DNA of 48,659 nt from Pseudovirgaria hyperparasitica (lineage: Eukaryota). The stretch lies in assembly GCA_010093815.1 (NCBI GenBank), contig ML996582.1; one strand, given 5' to 3'. The notes under the pieces are model-generated. The model ran no database searches. It worked only from the letters and a program-made list of their open reading frames with translations, and was not told the DNA's origin. A program made the position numbers and the translations under genes. The first letter of the stretch is position 1. Each line of letters begins with the position of its first letter. Positions 25,619 through 36,208 of the stretch are shown here, one piece after another.

Positions 25619-26488
25619 ATGGCGACCAACACCACTGCAGGACCTCTCGGGTTACCTAGCCATCACTGGGAGTCGACAAAGTCGGTTCCTTCGATTGATG
25701 AATTCGTTCGCCTGCACAATCTGACCATCGTCACCGCCGAGACCCAGGATGCTGCACTCATGCGAAGCTGGACCCGAGACATATTCACATTCGCTCTTTT
25801 GATCATCCTTCTATGCTGTGCTCTATGTTCAGCGCTCCTGCGCGACAAATTCGCAAGCATATACGAAAGACTGCGCACCAAGCCCAGTGAATCCGAACAG
25901 CCTCTGAAAAGCGCCGCGTATCTAGGTGTCCTTGCATCTGCGACGATCCTGTTCCTGCCCATGTGGATTGCGACGTTCGCCATCTCGACAAACCGGGGCG
26001 CAGCTGGAGGATGGATCTCAGTCTCGGGGTTTACAGTACTCTTTCATTTGGCCGTGGAAGTGCATCGGATATTCGCCATACTTGGTGTAGTCTCCTGGGT
26101 GTTGTCTCTGGTGTACATTGTGGGGAGGTGGAAAGGAGTCACGGCCTACCTCGTCACCAATCTCAATGGCTGCAAATATCACGATGGACTAGATTTTCTG
26201 CAAACCGGGCGCAGAACTGCAGACTTTAGGATCTTCAGCACCGTAGCGTTTGTACTTGCCACGCTTGTTGCTCTGTGGGGTTTGTTTCCATGCGATCGGG
26301 ACCGGAAATTAGGATGGCTTCTGCTCCCCCTGGTATTCGCGATCTTCTGCTACGACTGTTATGTTGCAAATGCAGGCACGCCTTTGGTGGTGTCTGGAAA
26401 TTGTTTGCTCGTGGAGGAGAGTCCTGCTCTCGGTTTCATGGACTCTGGAGTGAGGCTCTCCTGGAAGGTGTTGAGTTTCTTTGCTTGA
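25619..26488 (+). CDS. Hypothetical multi-pass membrane protein, ~289 aa
   Basis: ATG-started ORF with about 6 hydrophobic segments (e.g. IFTFALLIILLCCALCSALL, FSTVAFVLATLVALWGLF). No family recognised. Confidence 0.65.
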   Translation: MATNTTAGPLGLPSHHWESTKSVPSIDEFVRLHNLTIVTAETQDAALMRSWTRDIFTFALLIILLCCALCSALLRDKFASIYERLRTKPSESEQPLKSAAYLGVLASATILFLPMWIATFAISTNRGAAGGWISVSGFTVLFHLAVEVHRIFAILGVVSWVLSLVYIVGRWKGVTAYLVTNLNGCKYHDGLDFLQTGRRTADFRIFSTVAFVLATLVALWGLFPCDRDRKLGWLLLPLVFAIFCYDCYVANAGTPLVVSGNCLLVEESPALGFMDSGVRLSWKVLSFFA

Positions 26489-27678
26489 GTCGACAGGCGA
26501 CTGGAGGACTTGAGGCCCCACGCAGAGCAGGACTATGCAATCGCTGTTAGGGGGTTAGTTCGCTTCTTATTGTAGTAGTACTAGCAATGGCCACTGGAAT
26601 ATAATACAACCTTACCTAATGACCGGGAAATCTAGATCGTAATGGGGCTGTCACATGATGAGGACATGCTGCGTATACATTGGGCTGCGCAACATGAATG
26701 AGAGTGTTCGCCATAAGAATAGCATATTGAAGAGCTGACATGCACCAGGAGTCAAGCAAGGATTGCTGTGCCAAAGTCGATTATGACACCTTTGCAGGTT
26801 CACACATGGTACGCGTAACGGTATCACCGTGTAAGTCGAGTGTGGAGTTAGCCCACCTTGGGCAGCATCGTCGGTGTCGTACCAGTGCCGTGCCCAGACC
26901 GGCACAGAAGAGAATACTAAGGCCGGACACAGCGTTCCGTGCCTCGTAGCAAGGGGACCTGGCGTTCTAGCGTTTCGAGTGGTTGCTGCTGTGGAGCGCA
27001 GTCAGTGGCCATCGATAGTGTCGTGTGCGAACGAACGAGTGCCTCGCTGTTGGAAGCGACATCGAGTGCGTTGATGAAGTGGATTGGCTGAGTAACTGAG
27101 TCGGGTGTGTGATAGGGATGTGATAGTGATGGTGATGCTCGGCAGACTGGGGCCACGAATCCCGTGGGACTCCATGGTCACAAAGATATGAAACAGGGCT
27201 AAGCCAAAGGAATGGCTGGTAGATGCTTGCACTGTTCATTATACTGTCGACGTCCCTATTGATATCATACCGATGGCGCGTCGGACCACGCTCCATTCAG
27301 ATCTGACGCGAGCTTGACTGATGGAATGCGAAAGAGCATTGGGTTGCTCCAAGCCCTGATTGGGCTGGAAAGGAGAGCAGAATCACGACTAAGGTCATAC
27401 GAGTATGCGTGAGTATACTGCGATGAATGTCTACCATCAATCAATTCTTGTTAGACGGATGTATCTTCTTTGACGCGGTGATGTTGTCACTTCGATCTGC
27501 TCTTACTCCTACAGACATACAGCCCGAGAGTAAAGTCATATAGCGTATTATCAAACAAGGGTGATGGTGCTGCAGGGAGGTCCCTGATAAGTTGGCTCTG
27601 CCGACCGTTGGCAGCTTACTCGCACGTCGAAAGGGCCAGACCACGGATGGACGGTGGAGCCGGGCGGTGAACAACAAT

Positions 27679-27720
<42 letters not shown>
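27679..27720. repeat. (GACAAC)7 microsatellite
   Basis: Seven perfect hexamer units read directly. Confidence 0.95.
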
Positions 27721-28308
27721 AGCGACAGCACAGTGGCTTGGAGAAAGATGTGTTATTGGTGGTGGTATAGTGTAGTGTAGTAGTCGATACGGAGGAATGG
27801 TGTAGGCATATAGACAATAGCAACAATGTAGCAAGCAATTTGTGATCTCACAAGCAACGACGCAGGTGTATAATTACGCCGGCTGGAGAAAAAAGGAGGA
27901 GTATTCTGGAGTATGTTCCTAGAGTGAAGAGTGAAAAGGTGAGGAAATCAGCTAGGGGAACAGGGAAGACCACGCCGCAGTTGACCAAGACCCTCTTACG
28001 ACCCAAGACCGAAGATGAAAACCCAACCACCCAGCGGACCGGCTCATCCGTCCGGGGGCTTAAGTAGCAGCTGTAGCAGCTCCAATCGAAAGGAATCATC
28101 ACACAGGGGGGGAGAGAGAGTCAGATACAGGGAACGGGCTTGTTTTGTTTTCTTGTGGAACGCACGCCCAGCCAGAATTGCTTGAAACACACAAGACAGA
28201 CAAGACACTTGTCGCGTTCTTCTCGTGTTCCGATGTACACGCATATAATACATACATATACATTCATACATGCATACTGTACATGCATATCTGGGTAGTA
28301 GTAGTCGT

Positions 28309-28335
28309 GGTGGTGGTGGTGGTGGTGGTGGTGGT
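28309..28335. repeat. (GGT)9 microsatellite; (CCT)/(CTT) and (GACTGC) runs follow at ~28440-28520
   Basis: Read directly from the sequence. Confidence 0.9.
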
Positions 28336-29136
28336 AGGGCCCGTACAGTAGTAGTAATCATCAGTACTATTTATCATCTGCTCCCCCCGTTACTACTCCT
28401 GCACGCGCGCCTCACTCACGCCTCTTCATCTCTCCTCATCTTCTTCCCTCCTCCTCCTCTTCTTCTTCTTCTTCTTCCTCCACCACTTCTCCGTCAGATT
28501 GCGACTGCGACTGCGACTCAACTCATCTCTCATTCTATTACTCCGGACGCGCGCGTGTGCTTTGGGACGCAAATTCCGGGGAAGCGTCTGAAGCCTGCGT
28601 AAAAGCAGTTTAGCCCCGAGCGCCAACCGTCAATCCTCCCCACCCCCCGAAATTTCTTTTCGCTCCACTACTCGCTACCTAGCCTCATCTCCCTTTCGCC
28701 GATCTCCTCACACTTTGACATTTTGTCAATACACTGCTACTATTTCTGACCGCTTCTTTACTTCTTTTTGCCGGACACTTCCCCCTGTTGACTTCCTGGG
28801 TCCCCTGTACCTTGTCACTCGTCTCTCACTTCATCCACTCCTGTCCGCCCGCGGTCATCCTTGTTCTGTCACCATCTCTCCATCCATCGTAATGGAACCC
28901 AAGCCAGAGCCTCTCTCCAGCGACTTTCCTCCCATGTTCTAGGAGCCCACACACCATCCACAGCGTCAGATAGTACGGCCGTCTCCCGAATGCGACACCA
29001 GCTGCCGCGCCCACCTTCTCTAATGCCCACGACCTCTCTGCTGTACGCCGCGACGTCTGTGGCTCCACTCCTTTCATTCACTACGTCGCCTAAGTGAACT
29101 GTACTCAACACTATATTGTCGCAACTCGGTGCGTAG

Positions 29137-30876
29137 ATGGGACTACCAGCAGACATGGATCGAAGACACCCTCCCCGATCACAAACAAGCTCTACACCGC
29201 CAACTAGTACAATGTCGCGCTCTACAACTTCGTACGATCTGGCCTCCTCAATCGAGGCCATTTCGGAGCCACGATCTGAATATTTGCGACGTGCCTTGAT
29301 GGAGCGCAAGCAGCGACGGTCCACCAGACTTTCCGTGCCCCATATCGAGACACCGCTGGTCAGATCTGCGACTCCTGATACACTCGACCTACAAGCGCGC
29401 CGTCTAGAAGAAGATGTCTTGGACGATGCCTGGACACAGGAAGCTGGCTTTGAAGAACCCCACACTCCCAGGATGTCTCATCTTCGACGCGCAAGCACTG
29501 CCGGCACAGGGAAGCACAGAGGTACTCCTACTCAAGATATGGAAACAAGTATGGCTAAGCTCGAAAGGACAAATTTTGACCTGAAGATCCGCGTGACTAT
29601 GCAGGAGGAACGCGCAAAGAGACTGGAGATCGAGCTGAAGGAAGCTCTGGACAAGATCAAGGACCTGGCGCAAGTAAATGAGATCAAGGACCGTCAGAAA
29701 GAAGAGCAAGATGAACGACTTAAAGATCTGGAAGTCGAAAACGCTGCGCTTGTGTCGGACAACCAGGAGATGTTCACTCTCTACGATGAACTTGTATTGG
29801 ATCTGGAGCAGAAAGATCACGCCATTACCGAGGCTGCCGATATGGTGTGTGAGGTCGAGGATCAGAAAGACGCGCTGGAGGCTGAATTGGCTCTGTCAAA
29901 CGAGAAACTCCTGGTTGTTCAGGATGAATTGGAAAAATGGAAGACACTGGTTGAGACTTCGAGCAAGCCGCCAACAGACTCTGATTACTACAGCGCTGCC
30001 ACTGAGCGATCAGACTTGAAGCACCATATCAGCATTATGCCCGACTCGAGACCGTCCTCAGCTCGACAGTCGGACTATTTCAGCGCAGAGTCGACTAGCA
30101 ACAGAACTCCCAAGCTCCCCAGCCCATCGAAAGAACCTCGTTTTAGTGGCATCAAAGGCCGGCTTCAAGGCCTGAAGCAAACAATGAAGTCCTATCGGAC
30201 TCAACGAGTGGGAGAATTGCGCGCAAAGTCATATACTTCTCTTCCAAATTCCTCCTGCCTATCCCAAACCCCGAACAACGACTACCGTATCCCGCTCAAC
30301 GACCTATTGGAAGACGTGGGAGATCGCATCGATGAGTCTACTACGGGCGAAACGACCGACATTTCGACATTAGCCAGTTCGTCTGGCGGCCGTAGAGGCT
30401 CTGCTCCTCACAACCTGCCTTTGCGCCATTTGTACATCGAAGGTGAGCACGTCGGTGGGCTCGCACAACTACGTGCCCCTAAAATGCGTAACCCAGGCGC
30501 AGAGTCACCAACTACTGTCCGAAGCGGAAATAGTGCGCAGCGAGCATTAGCCTTGCAGCGTTCTAACAGTAGCTGTGCGATTCGTTCGCCCATTTCAGAC
30601 AAATCAATGGCCCCCATAGCAAGAGACGTGCGACGCTCATCTCGTGGCCGTCCAGAGTTGAATCGTCTTACCACGACCATCCCGAATAGCACCTCAAATG
30701 CCGGGGCTGGCATTCTTGATCGAACCACGGCCTGGCTCGGTTCCCTGCCTAGGCCTGGTGGAGAGCCCCCGAGGGACATGATGTTCAATCGTAACGCTGA
30801 AGAATTTGGCCCAGTAGGACTGCTCGCAGCTGGCCAGCAAAGGAAGGATCCTACCAGCAAGATCCTGTGGCCGTGA
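29137..30876 (+). CDS. Coiled-coil protein with centrosomin N-terminal motif 1 (CM1/Cnn_1N); candidate gamma-tubulin complex receptor, 579 aa
   Basis: METSMAKLERTNFDLKIRVTMQEER matches the CM1 pattern L..ENF.LKL.I. It is followed by an acidic heptad coiled coil and a disordered S/R-rich tail. Confidence 0.75.
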   Translation: MGLPADMDRRHPPRSQTSSTPPTSTMSRSTTSYDLASSIEAISEPRSEYLRRALMERKQRRSTRLSVPHIETPLVRSATPDTLDLQARRLEEDVLDDAWTQEAGFEEPHTPRMSHLRRASTAGTGKHRGTPTQDMETSMAKLERTNFDLKIRVTMQEERAKRLEIELKEALDKIKDLAQVNEIKDRQKEEQDERLKDLEVENAALVSDNQEMFTLYDELVLDLEQKDHAITEAADMVCEVEDQKDALEAELALSNEKLLVVQDELEKWKTLVETSSKPPTDSDYYSAATERSDLKHHISIMPDSRPSSARQSDYFSAESTSNRTPKLPSPSKEPRFSGIKGRLQGLKQTMKSYRTQRVGELRAKSYTSLPNSSCLSQTPNNDYRIPLNDLLEDVGDRIDESTTGETTDISTLASSSGGRRGSAPHNLPLRHLYIEGEHVGGLAQLRAPKMRNPGAESPTTVRSGNSAQRALALQRSNSSCAIRSPISDKSMAPIARDVRRSSRGRPELNRLTTTIPNSTSNAGAGILDRTTAWLGSLPRPGGEPPRDMMFNRNAEEFGPVGLLAAGQQRKDPTSKILWP

Positions 30877-31472
30877 ATACACGGCCTCTGACTTGGCGCG
30901 AGATTTCGGGATATTCATTATGGCACTGTGTTATCTTTTGGAGTATTAGGGACCGGCCGGAAAAAGAACGGAAAAGCGCCTTCTTGTTGGATAGAGAGTG
31001 TTGTTGGATTGGTTTGATTTTTTTACTTGCATTGGAAAAAATTAGCTTTGGGACGGCCAGATTGTGATTATTAGCAGTATGAATACCTTTTATGCATCTA
31101 TGTGTCCAATTTATAATTACACGCCGACTACCAGAGGCTCAAGACTGTTGCATTACTACATGTGTTGTGTGTTGTTGCCTTCTCTCATCACGTTAATAGA
31201 GCTTCTTCCCTAAGTAGCCAAGTAGCTTCCCGCAATATGACCGTGTCCTCAACTTCCAATTGTCTCAACAACACAACTCCATTCATGTCCGACACTCCAT
31301 GCGCAGCAAGCTCAGCTCCAGGTCTTGAACCTCATAATACGTTCTACAGTATCTCCAGCTCAAGAAGCATTGTGCGCCCCGGCGCGCCATCAGATTCGCA
31401 CTGATCTTCCGCCCACATCTCCCTCTCCATCACACACCACCCACCTAAACCTCCACCGACACCACCCACACG

Positions 31473-32411
31473 ATGCACACCTCCGGCTTTTCACACACGC
31501 CCGTCTCGCGCATCCTCGTCTTCTACATCATCGCCTCCGCCCTCCTCGTCAGCCTCACCGACAACCGCCAATACATCTTCATCCTCGTCGACCGCCACCT
31601 GTGGGGCTACCACCAGTTCTGGCGCCTGCTGACCTGGCAAGCCGCATATCTGAACAGCGTCGAGGTGATATGCGCCGTATGGACGGTGTATGGGCTCAGA
31701 GTCGTGGAGAGGGGTTGGGGGAGTAGGAAGTTTATGGTACGGTTGCATGCTCACCCTCCTTTCTAACGCACCGCTCGTATCGGGTTATATTATATATAGA
31801 TACTGACAACGAACTCACAGAGCTTCATCCTAACCACCCTCCCATACACAACCCTTCTCCCCCCTCTCCTCACAGCCCTCATCCTCCGCCCCCTCACTCT
31901 CAACTCAATAAACCTCCTCCCCGCCGGCCCTACACCCCTCATCTTCGCCCTCCTGGCCCAATACCACGCTTCCGTCCCCGCGACATTCAGATACCGCCTC
32001 CTCACGCGCCGGCCCCCATCCACATCCACATCCACATCCACACAACCCTCCTCCTCCCCGCCAGCATCCCTAACACTAACCTCCAAATCCCTCTCATACA
32101 TCTTCCCCCTCCAACTTGCCCTCTCGCAACTCCCTGGCTCTGCGATCGCGGCGGCCGTGGGCTTTGCGGTGGGGTATGCTTGTAGGAATGAGGTGTTGCC
32201 GGGGGGGAGTTGGCGTGTGCCTGGGTGGGTTGTGGGTGAGGAGAGGAGTGTGGAGAGGGCGCGGTTTGAGGGGTTGAGGAGGAGGTTGGAGTTGGAGCGG
32301 GAGGGGGACGGGAGGGGGACTGGGAGGGATGGAGAGGCGGATGGGGATGGGGATGCGAGGAGGAGGACGCTGGGCGGGTTGGTGGCGGAGCAGTTTCGGG
32401 GTGGGGTTTAG
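31473..32411 (+). CDS. DSC2: Dsc2/UBAC2-like rhomboid pseudoprotease subunit of the Dsc E3 ligase, ~284 aa. Exons 31473-31736 and 31821-32411
   Basis: Motifs SGFSHTPVSR, QFWRLLTWQ and LRVVERGWGSRKF. Intron 31737-31820 (GTACGG..CTGAC..CAG) joins in phase 0 to SFIL...LPAGPTPLIFALLAQY...LTSKSLSYIFPLQLA...WRVPGW. Confidence 0.85.
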
Positions 32412-33066
32412 GGGGTTGATGAAGGTGGGGAGGGGAGGGAAGAGGAGTGGTGGTGGTGTCTTGCTTGTGAGTATGCTATTGAGGTATATGTATACGTATT
32501 ATTCATGCCTCTGGCATGTGTCTTGTGCATGCCAGTATGTAAAGATACACTATATTTACAAGTCGCGTCTACGAGACGCTCGCTGCTCAAAGCCTTTGTT
32601 CCTCAGGCCGAGCCGTCATGTTCGTCTGTCAGTATACCCTCTGATTACATGCTCTTTGACTGGACTGAACTGAACTGAACTGAACCGAAGGAAGTGTCCT
32701 GTTCAACCCTCCGAACGTCCCCCTTGAAGGCATATCTTCCTCGTTCTACGCACCTCTCTTCTTCCAGATTTCCATTTCGCCTCACGGACGGATATAGATC
32801 CTCTCTCCTTTGTGAAGTATTTAGTGTTTCGTACTTAGTTTTGAGTTTTGAGTTTTGAATGTGGAGTGCCATCATCGCTGCTGCTGTTGGGCATGTGTAT
32901 GTCGAGCGAACGATTGATGGGTTGGGAGAATCGAATTCTTGGCTTATGGTAGTGGTGCCTATCGTGCGGTGCGTAGGTGGGTATCATGGAAGTTCGAGTT
33001 TGAGTAATACTTGTGTTAAAAGTTGTAATGCTGTCGAGTGTTGCGTTCGATGTGCTTGCTGCTGGC

Positions 33067-33863
33067 TCAGAGAACCAAGAGCAAGACCAGCAAGACAATC
33101 AACACGGCGATGAGCAGTCCTATACAACAACTCGACCAGCGATCTGTGTAATACACTCTGCGTCAGCCCAGTCCAGCACCACAAACTCCCCCAAAAAACC
33201 ATACATACCCTCATTATGCCGAATCACCCACCCGACCCGCTCCAACCCACTCGCCAACTTCCCACCCACCCGATCAGCCACAACCTCGACCTCCTCCAAC
33301 ATCCCCCGCTGCTCCTCCAGCTCCCGACCCATCGAATCAGCCTGCTGCCGCAGCGTACCCACCGTGTGGAACACCGAGTCCAGCGTGCTATCCTGCGCTT
33401 GCATAATTTCTAGCTGTTGCTCTTGTTCGAAGCCTTCGTATGCGTCTCCATCTGCGTCTTCGTCCTCGCGGTCAAAGGACGACGGGTCGGGCAGGTTACT
33501 ACTACTCCCTACACCACCGGTACCAGAAATCCCATCCTGCATCCCGTCGACCTCAAGCCCGACGCGCCGCACGAACTCGCGCCGTCGGGCGAGTTCATCG
33601 GGCGCGATGCCATACCGTGCGGGGGCTTGCTCGACGGCGGACACGGAGGCGAGGAGGTCGTGTAGGTCGCTGGTGAGGTCGGCGAGGTGGGACGAGAGGT
33701 CGGTGCGGGCGGAGGTGAGTTCGGGGGTTGTGGTGTTGGGGGATCGGGTGGTGGTGGTTGTGGTGAGGATGCGCTGATAGGAGGAGTAGAGGGTGCGGGT
33801 TGTGTGGAGGAGGGTGAGGAGGTCGGCGCGGGCTTGCGGGTAGGGGTCGGCTGGGGGTGGCAT
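33067..33863 (-). CDS. TLG1: Tlg1/syntaxin-6 Qc-SNARE, ~243 aa. Exons 33863-33209 and 33143-33067
   Basis: Syntaxin-6 N-terminal domain (DPY...SVSAVEQAPARYGIAPDELARRREFV) and SNARE motif QDSTLDSVFHTVGTLRQQADSMGRELEEQ. Intron 33208-33144 (GTATGT..GCTGAC..CAG) restores the C-terminal TM segment DRWSSCCIGLLIAVLIVLLVLLLVL*. Confidence 0.93.
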
Positions 33864-34093
33864 TGTTGTGTTTTTGGAGATGGAGATGAGGGTGAGGATG
33901 ATGATGTTGGAGTGAAGATGGAGGAAAGTGGTTTGGGAGCGGGGATGTATGGATGGATACGGAGCCTCGCCCGATATTGTGTCGCGTCTTCCGGCCCGCG
34001 ATAGTTAGATATTTTTTTATGGTGCGTTCGTTCCGGGTGTTGTGTTTAAGGCGAGAGTAATAACGGTCGCGAGAGCATATGCTGTGATATGAC
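33864..34093. promoter_or_regulatory. Probable bidirectional promoter between the divergent TLG1 and methyltransferase genes
   Basis: Only 230 bp separate the two head-to-head start codons, with a central T-run at ~34012-34020. Function is inferred from geometry only. Confidence 0.55.
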
Positions 34094-36208
34094 ATGCCGA
34101 TAGGACCAGAAAAAGCGCTGCCTCTGCCAGCAGGATTCGACGACGTGGACTCGTACGTGGACTCGTTGCTCCATTTTGGGACGTCGTCATGGCTTCTGCA
34201 AACCCTGTGCGGCGGCGTGCACATTCTCGACTTCTTCACGCGGGACCCGGACATCTACTCGCAGATCCTGCCACAGGATTGGCGGGACTGGTTCGAGAAG
34301 CAGGAGGACATCATGCCGATTCTGGATCTCTTGATGCGTGATGACCTGGGTGTGCATCTTCAGTCTGCGAGTGGTTGTGATGGTGGGGAGAACGTGAAGA
34401 CTTGTTGGCAAGGGGGCCCACCGCCGGCGTCGCTTGTCGAGTATATCGCTGATGTGCGTCGACATCTCCTGGACCGCCGGTTTGAGCCCTTGCAAGCACC
34501 ACCGCCTACGAAGCCGGATGTCAGAATGCACAAGCATGGCATAACCCTGCAGATCGCGGTCGGCATGAAAGACAAGAAAGTCCACGAGGTCGACAATTTT
34601 GCTAGATATGTGGACAGACTGACTGCGGATATTGCCGCGAGTAAGTCGCGCAACATCACGCATCTTGTCGACTTTGGATCGGGGCAGAACTATCTCGGCA
34701 GGGCGCTGGCGAGCGAGCCGTATAACAAGCATCTGATTGCGGTAGAGAGTAAGCCGCATAATATCGAGGGCTCAAAGATCAAGGATATGCGCGCGCAGAG
34801 GTCGAGGAAGCCGGTCGTTATTGTGAACAAGAAAGCTCACCGCACCGAGCGCTATGGTTTGAACGCGAGGAATGGCTACAAGAAAGGGGAGACTCCGAAG
34901 CCATTGCGTGAAGGTCTTGCAGAGAGTGCTTCCCCGATAACTGAACCTACTCCAAATGTCGCTCCAGAGCACGCAAAGATGTACAAGGAGGCCTCAGACA
35001 GGGGGCAATCAGCAACAGATTTGACAAGGGGGCCGGTGAGGGCAAAGTTGGACATCCCGCAGGAGGGCAAGGGCACGACGCAGTATGTCGCGCACAGGAT
35101 AGAGGATGGAGATCTGTCTGTGGTGATAGACCAAATCGTAGACACTGACCAGCTTCCTGATGCCACCAAAGACATGTCCTCTCTCGCGATCACAGATTCC
35201 ATCTTAGCAGAGACCAAGGCCCAAGAACCCAACCTCATGACAATATCCCTCCACTCGTGCGGAAACCTGCTCCATCATGGCCTCCGCACCCTGACCCTCA
35301 ACCCGAAAGTCAGCGCTGTCTGCATGATCGGCTGCTGCTACAACCTCGTTACAGAACGCCTCAGTCCTCCCTCATACAAACTCCCTTCCCTTCGATCCAA
35401 CCATCCTCGCCTCATCTCGACATCAAATGCACGCGATCCCCACGGTTTCCCCATGTCAACCCGCCTCGCAACCTACAAAATGCCTCCCCTTGACCTCCCC
35501 AAACACATCCTCACCAACCCCGCCATGACAGACGGCATCGACGACATATCTTCCCTTCCCCGCGGCGAAGGCATAAACCTCAACATCACCGCACGTATGA
35601 TGGCCGTGCAAGCCCCTCAAAATTGGGGCCCTGCCGACAGCGACGCCTTCTTCACCCGCCACTTCTACAGAGCCCTCCTACAACGTATCTTCCTCGACCT
35701 AGACCTGATTCCGGCCCCGATACCAACAGCATACACAATGTGCTTTTCCAAGGACACACCCGCGCACGACCGCGCTTCGCAGAATCGTCCGCCGCGCTCA
35801 CCCGCGGGCAGCGGCAGCGGCGGCGACCCCATCATCATCGGCACGCTCAAAAAGGCAGCATATGCGTCCTTTGTCAGCTACGTGCGTGCGGCAGGTGAGA
35901 AGTTGGCCGGCACGCTGACGGCGTACGACCACCACTCGGCGCCCAACCCGGCGATCGCAACTGGTCTGGCAGCACTGACGGACGAGGCGATTCTGGATTA
36001 CGAGCGGCGGTATGCGCATCGCAAGCGGCAGCTGAGCGTGGTGTGGTCGCTGATGGCGTATTCGGCGGGGGTGGTGGAGGCGATTATGGTGGTGGATCGC
36101 TGGGCTTGGTTGCGGGAGCAGGAGTGTGTTGGGGAGGCGTGGGTGGTGCCTGTGTTTGATTATGCGCTGAGTCCGCGCAATTTGTGTGTTGTTGGGGTGA
36201 AGAAGTAG
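34094..36208 (+). CDS. Methyltransf_32-family SAM-dependent methyltransferase (METTL25/RRNAD1-like), 704 aa
   Basis: Motifs MKDKKVHEV, motif I VDFGSGQNYLGRAL, SLHSCGNL, IGCCYNL, EAIMVVDRW and PVFDYALSPRN. Confidence 0.9.
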   Translation: MPIGPEKALPLPAGFDDVDSYVDSLLHFGTSSWLLQTLCGGVHILDFFTRDPDIYSQILPQDWRDWFEKQEDIMPILDLLMRDDLGVHLQSASGCDGGENVKTCWQGGPPPASLVEYIADVRRHLLDRRFEPLQAPPPTKPDVRMHKHGITLQIAVGMKDKKVHEVDNFARYVDRLTADIAASKSRNITHLVDFGSGQNYLGRALASEPYNKHLIAVESKPHNIEGSKIKDMRAQRSRKPVVIVNKKAHRTERYGLNARNGYKKGETPKPLREGLAESASPITEPTPNVAPEHAKMYKEASDRGQSATDLTRGPVRAKLDIPQEGKGTTQYVAHRIEDGDLSVVIDQIVDTDQLPDATKDMSSLAITDSILAETKAQEPNLMTISLHSCGNLLHHGLRTLTLNPKVSAVCMIGCCYNLVTERLSPPSYKLPSLRSNHPRLISTSNARDPHGFPMSTRLATYKMPPLDLPKHILTNPAMTDGIDDISSLPRGEGINLNITARMMAVQAPQNWGPADSDAFFTRHFYRALLQRIFLDLDLIPAPIPTAYTMCFSKDTPAHDRASQNRPPRSPAGSGSGGDPIIIGTLKKAAYASFVSYVRAAGEKLAGTLTAYDHHSAPNPAIATGLAALTDEAILDYERRYAHRKRQLSVVWSLMAYSAGVVEAIMVVDRWAWLREQECVGEAWVVPVFDYALSPRNLCVVGVKK

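Noticed and set aside
27441..28626. Poly-V, LS-repeat, ND-repeat and poly-P/G ORFs
   Set aside because: Translations of microsatellites.
33013..34254. Long ORFs overlapping TLG1 (33013-33777 +, 33595-34254 -)
   Set aside because: Antisense or alternative-frame shadows of a skewed, GC-rich gene with low-complexity translations.
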